Shown here piece after piece: positions 13,185-25,551 of a DNA stretch of 64,000 bases. The notes beneath the pieces were generated by a model. That model searched no databases. It was not told the DNA's origin and was given only the letters and a program-made list of their open reading frames with translations. Source of the DNA: Paragordius varius (lineage: Eukaryota > Animalia > Nematomorpha); contig OZ176052.1 of the NCBI GenBank assembly GCA_964247055.1, positions 10,850,001 through 10,914,000 of the forward strand. The letters are read 5' to 3'. The translations under genes were made by a program, and so were the position numbers. The stretch's first letter is position 1; every line of letters begins with the position of its first letter.

Positions 13185-15011
13185 TTAAAAGAGATTGGCG
13201 GCAAATTTTCGGTGGTGGATCAGCTGTTTACTACAATAGGGTTTTAGATATATCTAAATTTTAGAAAAACGTAGAATAGAGGTCCTACACAAATAGCTTT
13301 ATGAGCCGAATTTTCTACCAAACGGCAGTCTTCCATACTAAAATTTAAAAAAAAAAAATTTTTAAAATACAACATAACCACTTAAATTCATAAAATTTAT
13401 TGCAACTATTACAATCTTATTTGGAAAGTTGTATTTATAGGTTACTGTAAACACCTCTACAGCAAAAAATTGGATACTGGTAACGATGCTGCTCCCAAAA
13501 TAGTTTTTTATGCATGTGATTTCAAAACATTGAAATGTAATTTTTATTAGGTTAAAACCGAAAATATAAAAAGTAGAATACAGTCATTTATCCTTTATTT
13601 TATCTAAAAAAAATTTTTCGTTAAATGGGTAAAAATATTTGTAAAGAATGGAAAATTCCGAGCTCTATGGTAACATATCATAATTATCAAAAAAGTAAAA
13701 GAAGTGTGGGGGAAGGGCGTCGGAAATCTTTGGTAAAAAAATGAAAATCATAAATTATTTTTGTTAATTTTTACGCAAAATTTTATTACATTTTTTTCGA
13801 AATTTTTTTTATTTTAAACAAAACAAATACACATAAATATTAATTTTACATATTGGTCAAAAAATATTTATTATAATTTATTTAATAGATATCAAAATGA
13901 ATAAAACTAAAATTATAACCGACAAAATATAAGGATGTAATCAATTGTATATATATATATATATATATAAGGGAAAACATAGGAAATGAATACTTATATA
14001 CGTTCATAAAAAAATATTATCGAACTGAATGCGTTTCATCCCTAATGCTCTATTTTGGGAAATTTATTAAACAATCATTAATATACCTATTTACCGCTAT
14101 TTAACCCTATTGAATGTTTTTTCTATAAATATTGTTAAAAAAGGTGAAATATATCTGGAAATTAATTTCATATCGTACTTTGCGATCAAAGAAAAACGGG
14201 ATCGTCTCTGATACTTACAATAAATGATGGTTATAATTGTTTTCATTCTCCAACCTTGGCTTTTAGCAACATCAATTAAAACTTTTTTTAAAAAATCATA
14301 ATTTTTGAAGAGAATTTGTTTTTTTTGTCGCACAATCTTTTGATTCTGCAATATTGTTCCCACAATGTAGTACATCTTGGTTTTTTTTTATTAAAATTTT
14401 ATTCCGTGAAAAAAACATTCAAGATTGAGCTGGGGGCGAATAAGGTGGTAAATATATAAGCTTGTTTCTTAAATACTTAAAATAGAACATTTAATGGGTG
14501 CGTTGTCGCAAATGACAAACGCATCTTGTGGTAACATGGCCAAAGACTCCTCCAAATTAACCTAAAAGTCTCGCCATTGAACGCGCCCTGTTTGATGATA
14601 TAATTAACAACAACCTGTATGCCAATCATACACAACAAGATATTTTTACTTATAATAAAATGAAGATATACCTTTATTAAAGTCTTTTACGATAGGTGCC
14701 TATCATCGTTGGCAGACCCAATACAACTATGTGTGTGTCTTAAATCTTGGTCAACATAATCTGAATCTAACATTATATGGGAAAAAACCATCAGGGACAC
14801 CGAGACAAGTCTCTACTATCAATTCATTCCCGTCGATTTCATTAACGCCTATTCTAATTGAAAAAAAACCATCGTTGCCAGGCACAATACAATTTTGTGT
14901 ATGGGTCTCATACCAGCCTCAACTTATTCTGAATCTAACATTATAAAGGAAAAATTTTTTTATAATGCCAGTGTTACATCCTAACGAAATCGGATTAAAA
15001 TGATTATTTAA

Positions 15012-15569
15012 CACTTGGAAACACACTTATTTTAGTCCTTCGATTCAAATTGGGGTACTTGGATACCCCAGGCCTGTTTAAAATTAAATTCTGTAAAAAA
15101 TATAGAAGGAATGAAAACTATGGCAAAATTTTGCACTTATCTAACATTGATAAACCGAAATATATAAAAAATTTTATTCAAAAATACTTCATATTACTTA
15201 TTTTAAGCTAAAACCGAAAGGTAAAAATTTCGTCAACGTGACATGTGTCAAATTGTAAAATTCAAAAATTATACAAACTAAACCGCTTTTTTTATTTCTA
15301 TCAATGTTAGATGTAATTTATATAAAAAATTAGCTTTAGTTTTACCCTAAAAATTAAATAAAGACGATATTTTGCAAAATTTTTGTAAAATAAATGGCGT
15401 CGAAGTAGTTTGAGATAGAGATTTTTTTTCAAAACAAATTTTTATCAAGGTATTTTGGCATATTTATATAATATTTATCAGGATAGAAGCATAAATTCAA
15501 ATTGGTACCGTTTCCTTCAGTATTAAAAATAAATTTAGTCTGGTAGATACCCCAATTCGAATCGAAGTG
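15012..15569 (+). mobile_element. Family A piggyBac-like MITE, full length (558 bp)
   Basis: TTAA at 15008-15011 and 15570-15573. Termini CACTT...AAGTG. Subterminal inverted repeat CTTCGATTCAAATTGGGGTA is offset asymmetrically. Confidence 0.88.
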
Positions 15570-16302
15570 TTAATATGGCATCTATAGTGAATATCCCTTT
15601 TAAAATCGCATATAAAAAAATATAATGATAAAAATTACGATTTTCCCAACCCTTTTATACAATAATTTTAAGTGTTAGTTGTTAGTGCCTCCGACGCCCT
15701 TTCATCACACTTCTTTTACTTTTTTGATAAATATGATATGGTTAATACCATTGTTTTTTCATTCTTTACCAAATATTTTGACCCATTTAACGAAAAAAAG
15801 TAAATTTTTGATAAAATAAATGATACATGACTGTAAGTAATGTATATTCCTATTTTTTGGAGGCATTTGAAAATAATTTTAGCACCCAGTAAAGAACGAT
15901 TGATGGTGTTTATAAAATAAGTATATTTCTTCAATTAAAAATTATTTATCAAAAAATAATTCTAATAGGAGAAAAATGAAAAATATAAAAACTATCATTG
16001 TAAAATAAACTTGTTGAAAAATATATATTTGCTATTATATGTGATTTAAAAATTTAGCGGGCCGTACAAAAAATTGTGAAGGATGGCTGCCCGCCTGAAC
16101 ATTCTGCTGGAGAAGTTATGAAATTGTAATATAAATTTTTTTGTAATAGATAATAGTTTTTAAATTTTAGTTGAACTATACTTAATTTTTTATTAAAATA
16201 ACCTCTGGATCAAAAAAAACTCCAATAGTGTTTATTATGATGTATTAGTCATAATTAAGCTTAAAAAAAGTTTAAAAGTCAGACAGGCTTTCTACCGATT
16301 AA

Positions 16303-16741
16303 CACTTCGATTCAAATTGGGGTATCTAAATACCCCAGACTAAATTTTAGTTAGAATTTTTAGAAAACTACTGAAGGAATTGGTCCCAATTTAAATTTTA
16401 TGTTTTCCTATCCTAAAAAAATTATATGAATATACCAAAGTATCTAAATAATTTTTGTTTTAAAAAATAAGTTTCATGTCAAACTACATCGACGCCATTT
16501 TTATTTTACAAAATTTTTGGAAAATATCGTTTTTATGTAATTTTAAGGGTAAAATTGAAGGTTTTTTTTAAATTACATAACATTGATAGAATAGAAAAAG
16601 CGGTTTATTTTGTATTAATATTTAATTTAGATTTTGTACATATGTTACGTTGACTAAATTTTTACCTTTCGGTTTTAGCCTAAAATAATCAATATTAAGT
16701 ATTTTGAATAAATTTTTTTTAAATATTTTTGTATTCAAGTG
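16303..16741 (-). mobile_element. Family A piggyBac-like MITE, internally deleted, immediately upstream of ACTMAP
   Basis: TTAA at 16299-16302 and 16742-16745. Both termini present; ~120 bp of one arm missing. Confidence 0.82.
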
Positions 16742-16820
16742 TTAAGATATTTAGGTTGTTTACCACATGTTTTTAAAGTTTACCATATGACATTAATCGG
16801 AGTGATTTCCAAGTTTTGCG

Positions 16821-17572
16821 ATGATGGGTATGTTTTTTATTATTTTTTAGATATTTCGAAAATATTTTTATACAATGATTTAACCGCATATGTTGATAAG
16901 GCCGAATATAAAATTTTTGTTAATAATAACTATATTAATCCAATAATTCAACAAGGTCCTACATGTGGCTTAGTTTTATTATCTATGATAAGCGGGATGA
17001 GTGTGGACAAAATATATAATATTGCTAAATCATATAAATTTACAAACTGCGGAGAAATATTCTCTATTGTTCATTTCAACAAATTAGCTATTATGTGTGG
17101 ACTTGATTCAACCCTCAATTCTTTAGACGATTCAATAACATATAATTTTTTCGAATATATTGCGAATGGAAAATTGATTATTTTAGCATATGATTCTGAT
17201 AAGGATTTTAGGCCTTGTTGTGTCAATGGTACTAAAGCTCATTGGGCTGTTTTAACAGGGTTTGTATTTGTCCTAAAATCGGAATCATGCCACATTTCCA
17301 CCTCACCTCTTTTAAACTATAAAAATGTGTATAAACATGAAGCAAGTAGAAAAATTTTAGAACCTCTTGACCTATTTCTCATAGCACAACATGGTAAATC
17401 GAAAAACAGTGCTGTCTGGGCCTATAATGATCTTGTTAAGAGTAACAAAAATTTAATGGATATGGGAGACCATAATCGTCAAAGATTAGGCTATCATAAT
17501 GGACATATTGATTTAAATTTAACCCTTGCCAATCAATATTTAGTTATAACGCCTCCTCCATATCTTTTTTAG
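16821..17572 (+). CDS. ACTMAP: Actin maturation protease (C19orf54/UPF0692 family)
   Basis: Motifs PIIQQGPTCGLV (catalytic Cys), AYDSDKDFRPC...GTKAHWAVLTG and QHGKSK...W...V.SN. Start is either ATG 16821/16824 plus a 23-nt intron (16828-16850), or unspliced ATG 16787. Confidence 0.88.
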
Positions 17573-17583
17573 GTCCTTAAAGT

Positions 17584-20500
17584 ATGTGTGCTAATCGTTT
17601 GCTTCAACTTAGTTTGGTATATCAAAGGCAAATCCTAGCTCAGCATTTAAAGTTCATACATTTTTTACCAAATGTTGGTAATCGCTCTATATTGAAACAA
17701 TGTCAGACGCATCATCATCAATTATTTCACACCTCGCAAAAAAGGCCATCTCCAATTTTATGGGTCTTGCTTAAACCACTCCTCAAAATTGGAGCTATTT
17801 TATCGGGCCGGCGAATTCGATATTGGTTAAAAAGTGATCCTAAAAACAAGATTTTGGCTATCAAAGAAATCCGAAAAAATAAACATTGGATAGCGAAAAT
17901 TGGGATTGGTATCACTTTGTATGGTTTTTACTATTACTATACACATTTGGAGGAAACACCCATAACGCATAGGAAACGGTTTATCGCATTTTCCCAAACC
18001 CAATTTGAAAAGATTGCCGACTTTGAATCCAAAATAGTATGATTGATTTTTTATATCCATTTATGTCTCAATCTATTTTTACTAACTTTGATTATACAAT
18101 AGACTAACATTGCTCCAATTATCTAATGTATATATTAGTTTATTTAAATTGGATTTTAATAGCATGTTATTATATTAATTTATGGAAACATCTGTGTAAA
18201 ATATATCTTCATTTATTTTAAATTGTCCCTTTTGGAAATATAGCAAACCTCAGCACTTCAAGGCAAAATTATAACTAGGAATCATCCATATTACTCAATA
18301 GTCATAAGTGTTTTACGCCGATTATTTGATGCAAACAAGGATATACCTCAATTGGATAAAATGCGTCATTGGAATGTTTCAATTATAGATGACCCGGGTG
18401 TTAATGCCTTTGTTTTGCCTGTAACATTTTATTTAACAATTTGAAAATTATCAATATTTTTGGCATTTTATATGGATTATTTAGATGATAATGAGCAATT
18501 TTACTTTATATAAGGGAAAAATTATTGGTCTTCGGTTTGTGTTACACATAATTTCTTGAAATAAGGCGGTTCAAATACTGTTTTGGTTTAGTGGTTATCA
18601 GTTTTAAATTTTCTGAGAGCTATTTAAATTATGGCACAAAAATTACTTACGTAAATATTAATACACTTTTATGATTTAAATAAGGAAACAATTTATTGAA
18701 AATAAGGTTAACATCAATAAATTTAAAGAAAATATAATATTTTGAACCGCGGTCCCTGTTTTTAAACGGCTTCGTAACCATTTTCGAATTTAACGGTCCT
18801 AAAAAAGCAAATAATTTTATTCCGATCCCAATTAATATTTACTTATGTTATTACACAGGTAAATTAAATTAACCTAATATATAAATTTTTTAGAATGGTC
18901 AAATATACGTTTTTGCTGGGATGCTTAAACTCGTCCAAAATGTTGATCAATTAGGGATTGTTTTAGGACATGAAATGTCACATGCTCTTTTGGGTCATGC
19001 GGTAATATTATATCATGATTTTCAATTAAATTTTGACTCTTAATGTCAAATTGTTATGTTAGTCTTAAATAGTTTGACCAGTATCCGATTCATTGTTTTG
19101 ATCATACCCTTTTACAATAAAAATATTTTGAAGTTTTTGTTTTATAATTATTTAAGAGATATGTAGAAAAAAATAAATTAAGAATTTCAACTCTCTATGA
19201 TCGCCTAAAATACCTACTAACGACTCATTTTTTGTAAAGTACGCAACCTATAACGGTCGTATACAGAAATACATGATTTTTTTATGATTCGCATGAAGGT
19301 GTAAATTGTTAACTTGCGAAAATTTTCAATAAAGAGGGATATATTAAAGGTAAATAAGACCTCTTATTATATTTTTTAAACATATATATGTCCACATATA
19401 GATTGAATTAGTCAGTTATGCACATTTACTCGATTTTCTCATCATAATCGTGCTGGCTGCTTTATGGGCTTTTGTTCCAACTGATGGTATTGCTGTCATC
19501 ACTCAATGGTTTTACCAAAAAGTTATTGATGTAAGAATTTTTTAGTTTATCTATCGGTTATTTTCTCTTTTAGAACAAAAAACTTATTTTTTGGTCTTTT
19601 TAATTAAATATATGTGGACTCTTTCTAAATATTTATGCAACTAGGTGGCTTATTTTTCAACAAATGCTTATTATATGATATAAATAGTATAAATAAAATT
19701 TATTTAACCTATTTATTGTGTTAATATAAATTGATAATACTATATATTTTTAATTGAATTCTTTTGTATTAAATAAATTTATAGTATTAATAGTGTTTAA
19801 TACCCTCAACGACTGCATTTATAAGCCATGCATACCATTTTTTGTTTTTGGCTAAAAATCTAACCTTATATGCAGCATTTGATAAACTTAACATGTTCAA
19901 TAATTAAATTTATACTGTCTGATAGATCATATTACAAATGCCATACAGTCGTAAACTTGAAAGTGAGGCGGATTTCGTTGGTTTGGAACTTGCATCAAAA
20001 GTAAATTAATTGCTTTTTGTTATAAAATGTCTCAATGGTATATTAAATATCTTTTCCACAATCGTTTAGAGTTTTTATTAAATTTGTTATTTATTATATC
20101 TCTTAACATTGGACTGTTTGTTAGGCATGTTTTGACGTACGGGAAGCAGTTAAATTTTGGAAAATTATGGAATGGTACCAAAAACATGGCAAAAAAGTAC
20201 AAGGAGGCGAAGGTCTAGTCATAACACCACCTGAATGGTTAAGTACACATCCTGCCAATGAGAAAAGAGCTGAATATCTTGAAAACCTATTACCAAAAGT
20301 TTAAAATTTGTTTGTACCCATATATTTGAAAATTAAATCGCTCAAAAAATTAGGGATTTGTAATTTTTGTTCGTTATTTATTATTTATAAGTTCATTAAT
20401 ATTTTATTCCAATGTTTTAATTTCATCTTAAAAATTTATTCATATATACTGGTAATCATAAATAATCAATAATTTTATATTGTTAACCTTTTTATAATTC

Positions 20501-20794
20501 CGAATTACATTAACAGGTTTTTAGAAAAATCATAACTATTTGTTATTAATATTTGATATATTTTTACAAAAATTTGTCTGGAGCCTACAATAAAGGCCGG
20601 TTTTCTAAAAAAATTATAATCGAGGGTAAAATGGATATCATAAAAAACTGCCATTTTTTTATTTATGACTTTGGACTAAAATTAATTTCTACATATGGAA
20701 ATTTTTAATTTATTCTTGAATATATTCATAAATTTTATGTTTTTAGGCATTAGAGTTACGTCGAGCCTGTCATTGCCCAGATTTACCAAACTAA
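17584..20794 (+). CDS. OMA1: Mitochondrial metalloendopeptidase OMA1 (peptidase M48), ~387 aa
   Basis: Exons 17584-18036, 18244-18420, 18894-19001, 19402-19530, 19926-20000, 20125-20298, 20747-20794, all phase 0. Motifs NAFVLPNGQIYV, HEMSH (HExxH), YSRKLESEAD, WLSTHP; basic N-terminal presequence. Confidence 0.93.
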
Positions 20795-21398
20795 GAATCC
20801 GTTTTCAAACATATAAAACTTATATATATTCTTATTTGCTATAAAACAATATTATACAAATTGAGACAAATCAACATTATTTGGAATAAATTATTATTAT
20901 ATTCAAATCATTTTATTTTTTGTCATTTATGTAAGTCATCTTTATACCGTGAAATATCATACTTTATATTTAAGCTATTCGGTTTATCATCAAAATTATG
21001 ATTGGATGGAAATATCAAAAAAATTGAAGCGAAATAAACTTTTCTATCTGGGATACCCTGCTAGCTATTAATATAGAAATCTCCACTCTAGATATGTAGG
21101 TAATCTGATTCTAAATGCATTACACTCTTTATTTGTCATAGATAAGAAAGGGTAAATCATATATAATTTGCATAGTTTATAAAATATATGTGTAAATTTT
21201 TGATAGCATTATGAATTTAGGCTAAAAAATGTCATAATATTTCGTAAAATTGCACATGTGTAAAAACATTTTACAAATAATAAATATGGATGGAACCGAG
21301 TTTAAATAACCATTAAATATGTGACCATGTCCAAATTATCATACATTTTATGATCCCTCTTATCAACATATTTATATATGTGAATAGGTATGTTTTTT

Positions 21399-24300
21399 TT
21401 ACAAAGGATCACTAATAATCATTTTGTCCAGGCGACTTTTATTATATCGTCTATGTAATTCTCGCGCCGTGTAAAATGCTAACAGCGGGATAGGTGTAAA
21501 AATGGTACAGGCCACGGGTACAGTAATAGCTAAATCCGATTCCGGTTGTGGATAAATGCTCCATAGCAAAAGGATGGCTAGACCGGCATTTTGTAGGCCA
21601 GTTTCAATCGCTATAGCGATACGTTGTTCCCAAGGTATTAATGTTCCTTTTTGGTCCTTAATAGGTAAAGTAATCTCCCTTTCCTCGACTCCATCTAATG
21701 CCTCTTGCTGTAATAGGGAATCATCGGGATTAATTTCATCAGTAGGGTTTGGGATGATTTTATCATCATTAATATTATTATTAACGAGGAAGCGATTTTC
21801 CATAAAATTGTTTATATTATGGTTGTGGTTGTTTGATGTTCCAATATTTGGTTTAATTTCTATTGAATTTGACCCTTAAAAATAAATTTTGAGATATTGA
21901 CAATAGTGGAATTTAATGTTTTCATGCATTTAATCTTATAGATTTGTTAACAAAATTACTAAAACAATAAAAAGTTTTTTTATACTTTAGCAATGGTACA
22001 TGACTACTTTTATAAAGCAAAAATTTGAAATCAAAATGTTCACCCGAATAATAATGAAAGTTACGAGTGAATGTATTTTTTTTCCATACCTGAGTTAAGT
22101 GGTACCACAGTTTCAGCATATGGTGTTTGATAATCACTATTCACACCTCTGGAATGATATTGATTTAATATTATATTAGCTTTAGGATTTCCAACATTCA
22201 TTTTGTCTACATTGTCACGGTTGTTGCCTATTGTTTTTTGTGACTCTATTTTACGTTCATGACAATGAAGATTATTATTATTATTATTATTATTACTAAC
22301 AAGAATAGGTGGTGCACTTATTTTAAACTTTTTAGTTGGTCTCATCAACGGATATTCCTTTCGTGTACTTTTGCTAATTTTACCGGCAATCGCGTAAATA
22401 AAATTAACCAAAAGACATGCCGTATATCCCATGAGGTAACCACCCCAAGGGAGACCTAAAGCAGCTCCCAACAGTTTCCAACTACCCCCCATTTCAGGAT
22501 CCCGTAGTACCCGAAAAATGTATGTGTTGGACCAAATACCCATAATTACAATTAATATGAGCATGGAAACAGTAAAGGGTTTTGCCCAACGCGCTAACCA
22601 AGCGGCCCACAAAGGTTTAAGCTTTTGCAGACTTATCCCCACCAACGGTGGAATGGAAACACTCAAGAGTGATACGAAAATTTTATCGTAAGGGATACGG
22701 ATAGATGTGTCAAGATATGATACAATTTTGGATGATTGTGGAGTTAGCGATGGAGTTGATTGTGTTGACGAGTAGTTGAAATAGCTGTTGTTGTTTTTAT
22801 TAAATAAAATGAATTATTTATTAAAGTTACAAAGTAGTATAAATATTAAAATATGTAGAGTTATGTTTGAAATGGTAAAAAGCGCTTATCTATATGCCAT
22901 TGCAGAAATAAAATATAATTTGGTTTTTCAAAAAACAAAAGAGTTGGAACATTCTCGTTTTATAAATTATTAACATAAGACTAAACATTTTTCCCTACAT
23001 ATGATGTAAATTAACTGCAAATGCCTTATTTTAAAATGAAGTAAATTACGTTTTTTTTTTATTTAAAAGTTGATAAAAAAATTGATGCATAAAAACGCAA
23101 TATCCCCAATTACCACTGATAATTATTTAAAATGTTTTGATAGGAATGAAAGTTTTTTGGAAAATAATTATTAAAAATACGCTTTTGAGGTCATTGGCTC
23201 GTTAACTAGATATGATTTAAAATTTGGTGGAGATCTTCCAAACTTTGTTTCTTCAGAACTATAAAAATTTGAGGGAGAAACGCTTTTCGTAAAATCTGGA
23301 AAGATATATGGACCAAGAAGTGTGAACCACATAGGCATTGAACCTATATAAATGGTATACAGTAAAAGATAAATCTAGTTAAAATTGATTAAAGTTGTTA
23401 AAGTCTCAAAATAATCATATAGCACGTTTGTAAAGTAATAAAAAATTTTTACGTAATTTCCAAGATATAATTCAGGGAAGTTGGTGTTTTAATGATTGAT
23501 TATATATAAGAAGTCAAAAAATGAAAAATTTTAGTATTCTCTAGAATTTCTTTTTAACCAAATGTTCCTTTAAACTGCTTAATATTTTTTTAGAAAAAAT
23601 TTACAGTATGCACATTTTTTTGGCCAAATAATAGAGTAGAGTGTAAAGAAAAAACAACACGGTTAATATTGAACAATTTTTTCCTATCTTAAAACATTAA
23701 ATTTGTTTATTTAACTATGTCATATGCTACTGTATCACCAATCGGCCAACATTAATGTGAAATAGCCAACATTAATGTTCATACTGTAATTGTCATAGAA
23801 ATTTTTTACGAACCATGGTAAACAAATGTATAAAGGAACATAGTATAAAGTTTTAGCTACCAATATAAAAAAAGAGTTATAAAATATGGTGTTATAAAGT
23901 AAACTTTAATTAGATGAATTAAAAGGAAAAGGAGAGAGAATATATTTATCTAAACCTATGTATAATGGCACACAAATATGCAAACGAACGATAATTACAT
24001 ATTTTCCATATCAATTAATTTTGTGGAACAAACGATTAAACATCTTGAGAGTTTTATTTATAAAATAATGACTTAATTTAAAAACTGTTTTTTTTTCAAA
24101 TTATATATGTTTGCAATCACGACCAATTTAAAAAATGGTTAGTTTCTTAAAGTAAATTTGATATATCAAAAGTTACCGAATGCGGCCAATGTGTTTATGA
24201 AAGTTAGGAGAATGCTTAAAAGCAAATCGCCCCCCAAAATAAAGGTCCACATATTGCTAGAACCTCCTCCGGGTGAACATCCCACCAAAAAAAGACCCAT

Positions 24301-25551
24301 TCGATCAGCCAGATTAAGGGCAAATAATTTCGTTAAACCGTAAGCTAACTAAACAAAATAAATATTTTTGTATTTTAATATTTTTTGTTAGGAGTTGCCG
24401 AAATTAAACATACGAAATAGGGACAAATCGAATTCGATCTACACTATACAAGCATCAACAAAAGATATTATAGGAGAGAAAAATAAAAAATAAAATTTCT
24501 TAATAAGGAGATACGTATTTTTGATATTTGACTTTTCTAGAACCTATATTAGGATTTCAAACTAAGCGGAGTATGTCACCAATTTACCTCTACACCGTAT
24601 TAGCATCCCAAAATTATGAAAATCACGGATTTAATTTTAACTATGATATTAACTATAAAAAATTGTCTGTTTTTACCATTTACATTTTTTTGTCCTAATA
24701 TATGAAAATCATAATAATAATGTTATTTAAACAATTTAATTAATATTGACAACATCTAAGACTAACTAATGTTAATATAAGTCTAAGTGTAAATTTGGAT
24801 CATAACTTTGCTTTAAAGGTTATGAATGGAAGGAAATTATAAATAAACAAAAAAACATGATTGTACCTGTGATAACCTTGAAAAAAAGTCATAATTTAAA
24901 ATTTATTTTTAAATTAGTTAAAGAAATATACGTGGACCAATTAGTTGTTGGAAAAAAAGTTTGGCACGTTTCGCAATAAAACATAAAAAACGTACATAAA
25001 AAACTCCTTACTAAAGGCATCCCAAATATTTGACAAGCCATAGAAACAATAACGGAATACGGTTTCCAAATAAATTGTTTAAAGGCCATGGCATCCAACT
25101 TGCACCCAAACAGAAATGTGTTTGCGATCACAAATGAGATGACAAGAGTGCGAAAGACTTTGGTGATTAAATTAGGTTTCCGTTTAACAACCATTTGCAA
25201 AGGCGCAGAACTACACCCGGTTTCGGTGTTGTTATTGTCGTTAGAATTAGTCAAAAGGGGTAACAAAAAGGCTCTACCCAAAAATTGGCCTTTAATGTAT
25301 GCAGAAACATTTGGAGATAAACGGCTATAATTTATAACATTTGCAATTTTCCAATTCGTATTAGAAAATTTAAAATTATTCATTGAATAATTATAACTTT
25401 GTGGGAATATGAGGTGAACTTGTTTAACTTGCCCTTCGTAGAGTTGTATAATACCAGGTTCAAAGTGACAATTCAGGCAAAAAACCGAATTTTGTACAAT
25501 CAAGTATAAGACTAAAATAAAATACATATTACTAATTAAAATGTACTCCAT
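21399..25551 (-). CDS. SLC10-family sodium/bile-acid symporter-like (SLC10A3/A5-type N-terminal extension), ~662 aa
   Basis: Exons 25551-25012, 24348-24177, 23343-23181, 22784-22147, 21874-21399, phase-consistent. Signal peptide; motifs ACQIFGMPL, GCSPGGGSSN, IRIPY, IETGLQNAGLA. Confidence 0.88.

Noticed and set aside
13947-13968. (TA)n microsatellites (also near 31778, 32548 and 63187)
   Set aside because: Ordinary for an AT-rich genome.
16739-16786. ORF-track start for ACTMAP
   Set aside because: It is a GTG codon overlapping the MITE terminus and TTAA.
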